In this document: positions 13,741 to 24,505 of the stretch, one piece after another | Position numbering within the stretch: the first letter of the stretch is position 1 | Layout: each line of letters starts with the position of its first letter | DNA from: Phoronis australis | Taxonomy: Eukaryota > Animalia > Phoronida | Length of the DNA: 64,000 nt | Direction of reading: 5' to 3' | Assembly (NCBI GenBank): GCA_002633005.1 | Contig: NMRA01000100.1 | Coordinates: forward strand, 660,836-724,835 | Program-made: the position numbers and the translations under genes | Notes under the pieces: model-generated | Told to the model about the DNA's origin: nothing | What the model saw: only the letters and a program-made list of their open reading frames with translations | Database searches by the model: none

Positions 13741-14921
13741 TTTTATGATATGATATTACATGGTAAACTTATTGAAGGTGCCATGTTAATACTTTATGAT
13801 ATGATATTACATGGTAAACTTATTGAAGGTGCCATGTTAATACTTTATGATATGATATTACATGGTAAACTTATTGAAGGTGCCATGTTAATACTTTATG
13901 ATATGATATTACATGGTAAACTTATTGAAGGTGCCATGTTAATACTTTATGATATGATATTACATGGTAAACTTATTGAAGGTGCCATGTTAATACTTTA
14001 TGATATGATATTACATGGTAAACTTATTGAAGGTGCCATGTTAATACTTTATGATATGATATTACATGGTAAACTTATTGAAGGTGCCATGTTAATACTT
14101 TATGATATGATATTACATGGTAAACTTATTGAAGGTGCCATGTTAATACTTTATGATATGATATTACATGGTAAACTTATTGAAGGTGCCATGTTAATAC
14201 TTTATGATATGATATTACATGGTAAACTTATTGAAGGTGCCATGTTAATACTTTATGATATGATATTACATGGTAAACTTATTGAAGGTGCCATGTTAAT
14301 ACTTTATGATATGATATTACATGGTAAACTTATTGAAGGTGCCATGTTAATACTTTATGATATGATATTACATGGTAAACTTATTGAAGGTGCCATGTTA
14401 ATACTTTATGATATGATATTACATGGTAAACTTATTGAAGGTGCCATGTTAATACTTTATGATATGATATTACATGGTAAACTTATTGAAGGTGCCATGT
14501 TAATACTTTATGATATGATATTACATGGTAAACTTATTGAAGGTGCCATGTTAATACTTTATGATATGATATTACATGGTAAACTTATTGAAGGTGCCAT
14601 GTTAATACTTTATGATATGATATTACTTGGTAAACTTATTGAAGGCACCATGTTAATACTTTATGATATATGATATTACATGGTAAACTTATTGAAGGTG
14701 CCATGTTAATAGTTTATGATATGATATTATATGGTAAACTTATTGAAGGCACCATGTTAATACTTTATGATATATGATATTACATGGTAAACTTATTGAA
14801 GGCACCATGTTAATACTTTATGATATATATTACATGGTAAACTTATTGAAGGCACCATGTTAATACTTTATGATATATGATATTACATGGTAAACTTTTT
14901 GAAGGCACCATGTTAATACTT
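13741..14921 (+). repeat. 51-bp minisatellite (CTTTATGATATGATATTACATGGTAAACTTATTGAAGGTGCCATGTTAATA), ~23 copies
   Basis: Near-identical units, with variants (GGCACC, TATA indels) only at the 3' end. It explains the 333-aa repetitive ORF. Confidence 0.98.
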
Positions 14922-15045
14922 CTAAGAATATAGCATAGAGTTTGTGGGCCCATTGCACTGCATCACCTGGAACCATTGTTATGCTTTATTAATATATAGC
15001 TCTAACTGAGCTGAGGAGTTAGAGACCGGACTGAAGGGTGTAGCA

Positions 15046-15130
15046 GTGTGCCCAAATGGGACTTGAGCCCATTACCTTGAGGAATATATCCCAGATGGCC
15101 ACATTGCCTAATCCTACTCATGCTATACTT
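15046..15130 (-). mobile_element. Possible decayed tRNA-derived SINE head
   Basis: Minus strand has an A-box-like TAGCATGAGTAGG and a B-box-like GGGCTCAAGTCCC; there is no cloverleaf. Confidence 0.35.
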
Positions 15131-15231
15131 GAACTTGATAATGCCATTGCAATTAATCCCTGTTCACGGACTCAAGAGAATATGTATTGGATGAGATAAT
15201 TGCAGTCATAAACCAATAGTGGTGCCAGTTT

Positions 15232-16638
15232 CACGGGTGAGAAACAACATGAAGACCGGTCTTCTTAAATCGGACAGACTCACCCAAAACAGGATCCACC
15301 TCCGGGGATCAAATGGGACCGTCGCACCAGAAAATGGGACTGACGCACCTAAAAACATGACCGCCCCACCAGAAAACAGGACCGCCGAGGACTGAACATG
15401 ACCGCCGGGGATTGAAACCGCAATGACAAACAAGCTAAGATTTATTATCGGTAGGCCTACACAGATCATACAATGGAGCTATGTATGTATGCATATGCAG
15501 GTCTTGGGCCGATTAATCCAACGAAATATTTTGTGTGCTCAGTACAGGACACTTTGCTTTGTAACCACAAACCAACCACGTTGCATGCTTTTGAGCTAAA
15601 TGATTATAACTTTATCCACTGCGTATGTTTTAGAACAAAATGAAAATCGTTTTCCCAACGTGACGTTTTAGTCAAGAAAAAAACTTAAAACGGGTGTTCT
15701 GGTTCTCGGGTGAAGCATCATAACTAGCCTTTGTGCGGCAAAGCAGTATAATAAATATACAGCTTGGCGCCGATGTGGGTAAAACACTGCACATATAAAA
15801 TCTTCACCGAATTAGTGTTATTAACGACACTCTTCCTAGAGTAAACTCAATTATTTATCGGCGCTTTCCGGGAAAATTTGTCGTTACTCTGCTTGAGATG
15901 CGTTCTTTTAGGTCGGCTAACATTGACCAGTTCATTTTTGCACCGATTCTTCAGTCAGCTCTTCTTCTCTTCTTCGAGGTTGCGTACATGGCACAACAAA
16001 TTATCGGAAGTGGTTTCATTTTGTCATAAGTTTTTAGTATTTTAATAGCAGCAAACCAAATTTCAGGACAAATTGGTGCTGCTGCTTAGTTGAGTCATCA
16101 TCTTCCGAAAGATGTCGCAAAATTTTAGGAAATGGCACGTGCTCATGTCACGAGCGCGACAAACTTTTGTTACAATAGGCAAACAAATGGTGTTCATCAC
16201 ATTGTTTTTCACTCATGCAGTTGCAACCTGCAAGTTGAGTGTTGATTGACTCCTATAGATTTTGCATGCGCCTGCTCCGTTTACTAGCTCTACATGTTGA
16301 TATAAGTTTCACGTGACGAGGTGACGAGCAGAATTTCAGGGATTTAACGGAGCTCAATAAAGCAGTGCTACCAAGTTTTATTTTGGCGAGTCTTTTCACA
16401 GCTATAGCTGACCGGTTACGTCATAAACCGCAGTATCATACAAAGGCCTTGACAACTACATTTTGTCCGGTGGTCATGTTCAGTCCCCGGCGGTCCTGTT
16501 TTGTGGTGTGGCGGTCATGTTTTTAGGTGTGTCAGTCCCATTTTCTGGTGTGACGGTCCCATTTGATCACCGGAGGTTCTGTTTAGGGTGAGTCAGTCCG
16601 ATTTTGAGGACTGGCGGTCATGTTGTTTCTCACCCGTG
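15232..16638. mobile_element. Non-autonomous TIR DNA transposon with CAC...GTG termini and 5-bp TSD (Transib/CMC-like)
   Basis: ~180-bp TIRs start CACGGGTGAGAAACAACATGA and end TCATGTTGTTTCTCACCCGTG, built from ~20-bp AAAA(C/T)..GACCGCC subrepeats. AGTTT flanks both ends (15227-15231 and 16639-16643). No transposase ORF. Confidence 0.85.
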
Positions 16639-16697
16639 AGTTTAGATCACTAGTTTCAAAGTCAAAAGTCATACTAAGGTGGATGCGTCAATGCTTT

Positions 16698-17030
16698 GGG
16701 GAGTTGTGGTCAGTATGAACACTTAACTCCAGGGAGTTGTGGTCAGTATGAGCACTTAACTCCAGGGAGTTGGGGTCAGTATGAACACTTAACTCCAGGG
16801 AGTTGTGGTCAGTATGAACCCTTAACTCCAGGGAGTTGTGGTCAGTATGAACACTTAACTCCAGGGAGTTGTGGTCAGTATAAACACTTAACTCCAGGGA
16901 GTTGTGGTCAGTATGAACACTTAACTCCAGGGAGTTGGGTCAGTATGAACACTTAACTCCAGGGAGTTGTGGTCAGTATGAACACTTAACTCCAGGGAGT
17001 TGTGGTCAGTATGAACACTTAACTCCAGAG
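16698..17030 (+). repeat. 33-bp minisatellite (GGGAGTTGTGGTCAGTATGAACACTTAACTCCA), ~10 copies
   Basis: Direct tandem units. Confidence 0.97.
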
Positions 17031-17419
17031 TTAAGTCAATATGAAAGGGCCTAAAGAAAAACAAGAGAGGCAAAGGACCTACATGACTGCTTTTACAATT
17101 GGAAAGTAAATATTAGCTGTCTTCGAATTTTAGAATGATTCATTTCAAGAGAAATTATTGGATTGGTTTTCTTCAGCAGTGCAGCTAAGCCACGCTTAAT
17201 TTTTGAATAGATTAGGACGGGTTGGTCACAGTCTGGCTTAAGTTTACTTAGGCCCTTAGACATTAAGGTAACAAAACCCCAAATGTTAACATATGAGTTG
17301 CCTCATGTATTGTTGAGTTAGGGATGTGTGTAATTAACTAACAAGCCCTCTGTTTAGGCTGATGTGATGTAATCAGTTACCATCACTGCTGACCTTGTGA
17401 CTAGAGTCACTTCTTTATA

Positions 17420-17686
17420 GTGCCGTTTACAAAAGTTGACACGGATCAGCTGACACGGAACGAGATGTTCCAGCGCAAGTATGTGTGTAATGACCTACAT
17501 ACGGGTTCTCTGTCTCTGTAATTCCCGATGAAAACCTGCGCATGTGCCTTCCACTCTCCAGCCTTTACAACGAACTTCCGTCCTGCCACAGTTAGTGAGT
17601 TGTGTGTGTAAACGGCTACTTGACACCGATCAAATTTGCTCCGTGTCAGTTACGCCAGACCAAAAGTTGATATCTAAACGGGACTT
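17420..17686. mobile_element. Short MITE-like interspersed repeat; inverted second copy at ~29499-29790
   Basis: 17480-17686 is the diverged reverse complement of 29499-29697. The motif TGACACGGA.C.AGATGTTCC.GCGCAA occurs at 17451 and 29758. Confidence 0.75.
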
Positions 17687-18079
17687 ATGACTTAATCCCC
17701 CTCTTAATGAGAATGAAATGTGGTTGGAACCAGTTGGACTGAGCACGTGACTGGAGCAGTTTCTCCAATTCCAAAGATTTCTCCAAATCAATCCTTATCT
17801 CGATAAAGGGATATTTAAAGGATGTAATCCCAGCATGCAAGTTTTCAATAAGCATTGCAATCATTTCTCTTTAGGTTATACTGCTGTAATCTAAGTGAAA
17901 TGGATTTCTAGTAATTACTACAGGTGTTTTTATTGCCCTTTGGTGCAAAATCTGACTTGAGCTCACTGCGTAAGTTTTTCACGTTATTATGATTCCCCTT
18001 GACTGTTAATTGCGATAAAACCAAGAAATTTCCAACATCACGATGAGAGCTTACAGTCACATATAAAGGAATCGGCACT

Positions 18080-18430
18080 GAAAGTTCAGTCTTAATTTTT
18101 TTGAAAAACAACCAATTTTCTCCGCTCAAAGTTTTTTTGGTGATAGCATTTCATAAAAAACACATCTGCTTCATGACATTTGTTGAACGTTGTTTGACAA
18201 TAGCATTTTTTAAATATTGGTTAGCAAGTCAGGCTGCTGTTTACAACATAATTGCTGTATGTGAGCTTATCAGAGGAATCCACACAATGAGGGTGCTGAA
18301 CTGGTATGTAATCATTGATTTGCCAACTTTTCCCCCTTCTATCACTGTCAAACTGATAATGACATGACTGTATCCCCAGTTCCCAATCAGCGAAATCTGT
18401 AAACTCACCCCACAGTGCGGAAGCGTAACA
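18080..18430 (+). repeat. Interspersed repeat, uninterrupted paralog of 9690-9840 + 11325-11505
   Basis: Shared blocks include TCAAAGTTTTTT.GTGATAGCATTT and GATTTGCCAACTTT...CTATCACTGTCAAACTGAT.ATGACATG. Confidence 0.8.
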
Positions 18431-21400
18431 ATAGCAAGTCTTTGCAAACCAAAGTTTCAAGTTCTGTTTGTTACCATACACCCCCTAGCTGTAGTTTGTA
18501 GTGGAACATTCCATTATGACCATGAGGACTGTACCATTGTTAATGCAGTCTTCATATAGGCATAGAGACAATCAATGCACAGAACTCAGATGTCAAGGTT
18601 TGTCCTTTACAACTTCACTTTCACCTGCCATGTGATCTGGTAAGGTAGAGAGAGGAGAGTTTAAACATGTAAGTATCACACCAGCATTGCTGAGCTTTTT
18701 CTTATCATTTTCCATTGTGTTTGTGTATGAGTTTGGATCACTATGTCTGTGTATGTCAACTGCTCAGTGGCTGCCCTATAAGCTGATTTTGGATTAATGC
18801 ATACACTGTAATTGATGGATTTGTTTACAGTTAAGGCTAGAAAATGCTATCAAGTTTTACAGCACTGTGATCTGTAGTCTATCTCTCTTGATTATTAGCT
18901 GGCGTGCAAATTTCACGATTTGAAATTAAACTCCTGTATGTTACCGAGAGGTGAATTTTTATGTATACTGTATTCATTTGATCGACAAGCTATTTTGTTG
19001 GTTTCTATAATTTCCGTGATGGTGATAAGTGGCCAGCACACACTTGATTTTTACTTTGTCATTAAGATATCTGGGCTTGACATATTCCTAACCAATACTT
19101 AGGTTCACCATTTTCTACATAATAGGTGTACTTGGTTATTTATCTCATTTCATTTACCTACTCAAATGTTTTGAACATTTGTTTCGATTTCAGAATAATA
19201 TGGTACTTAAACCCAATTTCTCATATCAACGCCTTAGCAACGCCTTGTCTAAGCATCGCAATCGCGTACTGGTAGAATTCACGGGTTTTAAATTATACAG
19301 TGTTGAACAAATGTTAATGTGTCTTGGGCGTAGCTTCATATTTGCAATTATAGGCATGTGCGACAAGCGTATGAGAATTATCAGGTCTGTGACAAACCTG
19401 TGATCTCATGTGTAAACTAATTGTCGCTTCTGCTGAATTCTTGCATTCAATCGAATTGTACACTTAGTGCCATGGTGCTTACTAATGCAGAAAACTACTG
19501 TCATCGGATGAGAAACTAAGTGCATGTTTGTCCAAAACCACTAGCTATACCTCTGAATATTACATGTGTGAGTGTGTGTGTGTGTGGAACCGGAAGTATG
19601 TGTCACATTCGTTTCATTTAAATGGAGTGAGTTACTGACAGTAGCTATCCTTGAATATATTGATTGTTGCCACTAGCTGGTACATAGATAGGTACATCCA
19701 GATACAATGACAGTTATTGTCGCACTGCATTTTGTTTTTACTTATCTGCCTTTCTTATTGCACCATGTGTATACATTTTTATGATTTTGTAACATGGCTC
19801 AACACTAAGCATAACATCTCATTTACATCGTGGCGTCCTCAGATTTTTACAAATAAAGTCTGAGGTTGCATTTGTGAACTGTGAGCCTTACGTATCATTA
19901 AGTCAAGCTTTTCTTTCCTCATCCTTTGGCATCCTCCATTCTCATGCCTTTTGGTAATTTCGAAATGTAAATTCGGGTTGCCTGAAATTATTTTGGAATG
20001 TTATAATTAAAAGAAAAATGCTGGCGCCCATGCTGTTCTTAGAGATGAAGGAATTGTGGAAATTCAGTTTTACGTCTTTCTGAAAAGTTTTTGCCAAACA
20101 GGGTGAGCTCCAATGAGAAGCATTTACCATAAAATAGCGAGTTACATTTCACTGTAAGCTCTAAGTAAAAGGTAATATTTTTGCTGAGTAAATAACATTC
20201 TCCTTAGTCTTTCAACTTGAAAGTTTGTTTTTTTCAATCAAATATTACATTTCGGTTACCGCTTATGAAGATTTTATGTAACGGGGGGGGGGGGGNNNAT
20301 CAGGGCACCGATGTGTTAATATTGGTTATGCTGTTCAAAAATGTTGTTTTTTCTGGTCAATTATGACAGGTTGCCAAATAATGTATTCAAACTCTGAAAT
20401 TATTGTCAACTTTTGCTGAATCGGACACTGAATTATCGCTGAGGACATAATACTTTACTTGGTCAGAGACTTCTTTGTGGAGAGAAGTTTAATAAATAAG
20501 TGTGGGTTTTTGGATTATATTGTAATACATATTTGTATTTATAGCTTCAAGTAAAATGTCACTTTTATACAAAACATTGTATTAGCCTTGCAGTAATGAG
20601 CAGTGTTGGGTTCATGTGATGATTTTATGTCAGTGTAATTTAGTTGACATTTAAGTTAATCATAAACATAAAAACACTGCATTTTCCCATAACAAAGGCA
20701 GCAACATGGCTTCTTCAGAAAATGATCACTGTGTGGTCATTACTGCTAATCTGTAGAATTGTTACATTGAGCTGTCTGCTTGTCAGAGGATTTCTTAGCA
20801 TTACTGGCTATTTTCATCCTTCTGTTTAATCTGTTTACATCAAGTGCTGCATATTCAATAGGTATTGGTATAATAACCCCAGCACTATTACCACAGTCAT
20901 CTCTAGGACCCACTTGGTAGTGATTTCATTGTCTTCATCACATTTAAGTGGTTACCAATCTGTTATATTCATGCTTGCTCGCACAAGTTTGCAAAGAAAT
21001 ATGCAATATTCTGTGTTAATTGTTGTACCGAAGCTTACCTGAATATTGTTATAAACATGTTTCGTTCCATAGATGTGTCCTTCACAAAAAAAATTGTAGC
21101 CCCAATTTTTAATACATTTATTTACCCAGGAATCGTAGACCCAAGTTATAGTATTCTGCCTTTTAACAATCCAGTTTCAAACGTCATTTATTAGTGTACT
21201 TTTGATCCCATGTCATATGCAAATTATTCCATTCAACTGTCCCAATCAATGAGACAAATTCTGGCTGCCAAATCCTATGTATAAGGGTGTCCTGTCTGAA
21301 AAAATAAACTAGGCAATATGTATGTGTGGAGTATCATTTTTTCTTGCCTTATGTAAATTTTATGAACCAACGAATCAAGTATACACATTAAAATCTTGAT

Positions 21401-23439
21401 TAAAAATTACATAATTTCTGTTGTCACAAAATGTCACTACAGGATATATGTATGGATGAGTATATTGAAACCATATTAGTCCAGCTAAGTGGGTGTGACT
21501 GGGTTTTGGTAGGCTCATTTCAGGAATTTGTACTCCTAAGCTCTTTCATATGACAACACAGTGGAGGGAAGTAAAACTGTTTACATAACTGACACAATGA
21601 TGGATGGGCATGTGGAGCTTCTTATTGTCCATCTTTCCAGGCATTATTATTTTGTGGTATTTATTATTTTACATTCATATTTCTGTACCGTTATGTTGTC
21701 AAAATAAATTACCTTTATTTTGCCTACATACAGTCTCCTTTTCATCTCTGAAAACTGAGCTTGCCGCACCTACCATGTTTCAGGACGTATGTCAAACATA
21801 AATTCTATTTCAGGTATGTCAAACATAAATTCTATTTCACTTGTTAAATATATATATGTGTGTGTGTGTGAGTATATGGACTCGTCTTACTTACATCCCC
21901 TACGATCCTTTTGCACACGATGCACTAGGACACTTCATTTTCTGCCTCGCTGTTGGTTCGTTTAGGTCATGTTCCTCGAGTTTGGTCAGCTCCTGACGTC
22001 TATAGGCTGATGATTGTCAGGTGTCTTTAGGGTTTAACTTTTGTTCTCAGTAATCAATGTTTCATGTCAAGTCTTTATTTGGCCGACACGTTGAGTTTTA
22101 TCTCTCGTCTTTTTTCCCACCCACTACCACTCCATTGGTTCGGTGGTTCCTTGTACCTGAGTACTGCACTTTTTATTGCTCATCTTTCCAGAAATTATTT
22201 TTTGTAGTATTTATTAATTTATATTCATATTTCTGTATCATTTTGCTGTCATGATAATTTACCTTCATTTTACTTACATACAGTCTCCTTTTCATCTCTG
22301 TAAAAATACTAGGTTGTCTTTTTAACCCATCATTTTGATAATGGGAGGCTTAGCTGGCCAAATCAGTCAGAGATTGTCTTTTTAACCCATCATTTTACTT
22401 GACACTATCTTTAAGGTTTGAAACCATTTTCTGTCATGGTAGTCTTGTGGTATATTGTTGTGCCAACCTTGTTAAAGATTTTGATTTTTGGCGGCCAGCA
22501 AGTGGGAAGTACACCCTTTCATTTTCGATGCTGAATTATTTTGTACATTTTGGGGTCAGAGGTCATTCTTTTGTAACACTGCTGAGGAATTTATTCAAAG
22601 AATTGAAAATTAATTATATGTCCTTAAAAATTGTATAAATGCTTTCACATACAAATTTTGAAAATTTTTCCGAAAAAGTTGTTCCCTAGACTGAAGAACA
22701 CTATCTTTACCTGATTCGTTATGAAATAGCACATTAATTTAGTCATTTTGCTACTGATTCTTTAAGTTGATGGACAACAAGTTGATCCAGTGTTTGAACT
22801 CTGCTCCTTGGAAATTGTTTAATCTGTATTTTGTGCATTAATAAATCAATAAGTTGAGTTGGTCGTGCTACCAACTGTTGTTAATGAACTTAAGTACCTT
22901 TGGGAATGGCCACGTGCTATGAAGAATGGCATTGGATGTGTTGCCAGGATTATGAATAGTAACAATTGTCTGCATACTGTTGGGAAATGTTGTAGTCTGT
23001 GGGCATAGTCTAATTGGTAAAATTCCTAATCTTGGAAGTTTAGAAAAGCCATGTCTGTGATTTCGATTATTTTGTTATTTGGGAATCTGTTTTTGGCACA
23101 GGCCTCTCTACTTGCCAAAGCATTCAAGGGACCATAGAGTTTGATAGATGTGTTCTTATTGAAGAAAGCACGTCTGACATTGATTTTCAGAGGATTCGAA
23201 CTCAGTAGTGCCCCTAGTGGCATTTTTTGTCTCTGCGTCGGTGCCCACTTTGGTCTTTGGTATATGTCCATGTATTGTAGTGAACGTGTTATTATCGACT
23301 GATTTTGATTATCTCACAGGTCTGACTACTGTAGTGCCTCTTAGTGGCAACTTTTTTATCCTAGTTTCTTGAGGGACCGTTATAGTCCTTCTTGCAAACT
23401 GCCCATGTGGTTCCAGTATCCGAGAATACTTACTACATA

Positions 23440-24505
23440 AATTCTTATTTTCGACACCCTTTCTTTATTTTCTTTTCGCCTTTCTTGCCAAAAGCGATTT
23501 TTGAACAGTATTTGACCCTTCTCTCTGAGCGTATGATTACCGGTTGTCGACGGTTATTTCCGTACCCACATTTCCGGCTCATCAGTTCAGGAACTTGTCC
23601 TGAAAGCCGCCATTTTTTCCTTGTAACTGAATGTGCTATGGCTTGCTCGAAAAGTCTTCATTATTTTGTTTTATTAGTAATATATCGTGATTTGTTTGCA
23701 TATGTAGTGTATTTATAGTTTGTAGTTAGTGATCGTTTTCGCCAACAAATTACGGTGAAATTTAGTTAGACATATCTTTACTTACTATTCTCCACGATTT
23801 AGCAGTGTTCACCAAATTTCAGCATCGCAGTTGTTACTCATTAAGTGATAAATGTGCTCACAATTCCCGTTGGACTTCGATCGTCTCATTTCTGGCGGCA
23901 CCTACAATGTCGACTTTTGCTGAACTGAAAGGCATGTTCAATCGGCTACTTTGTAATTTGTGAAGATTTAACGTTGATACATTTTGACAAACGTTGCTAC
24001 AAAAAAGAAACTTTGTTCAATTTTCGTGTTTTTTGTGTTTGTGGCTAGCAGTGTGACACAGGACTAACCAGCCCGTAATTTCATGCAAGTGTCTGAAACT
24101 ACCCTTGAATATATGCAGCATTTATCATTTGACCATTTTACTTCGACAAAACAGCTTGCAACCGCATGCATTTACCGTTCGCCAGTGTCTGGTCTCGATC
24201 CGCACCGGGTCCGATAGGCTGCGGTCCCGAGTCTGGCAAAATAATTTCTGTCAAAATTTATTCGCCACATTTCTTCAGCAAATTCCATAAAATTGTCCGT
24301 AGTTTGATTTTATCAAAATTAAGGCGCGCTGTCGATTTTTTTATCCCCGTTTGCTGGCTGGTTTACAGTACAGGCACTGCTCCAGTCGCACTGACGGCGT
24401 TTTCTCGGCCTGGGTTCCTGAATGAATTGTACTTCCGGGTTCACGGCAAGTTCAAAATGGCGGTGTTTCTTCGGGTGCGAATCGTGAGTGGCGCGTTCAT
24501 TTAAA
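23440..24505. mobile_element. CpG-rich interspersed repeat with promoter-type motifs; partial second copy at ~40480-40775
   Basis: 24320-24503 matches 40598-40772 (GCCTGGGTTCCTGAATGAATTGT.CTTCCG...AGTTCAAAATGGCGGTGT). Family not identified; the left boundary is approximate. Confidence 0.6.

Noticed and set aside
13672-14673. 333-aa ORF as a protein gene, or the array as CRISPR
   Set aside because: It is the translation of a 51-bp satellite; there are no unique spacers, no cas genes, and the context is eukaryotic.
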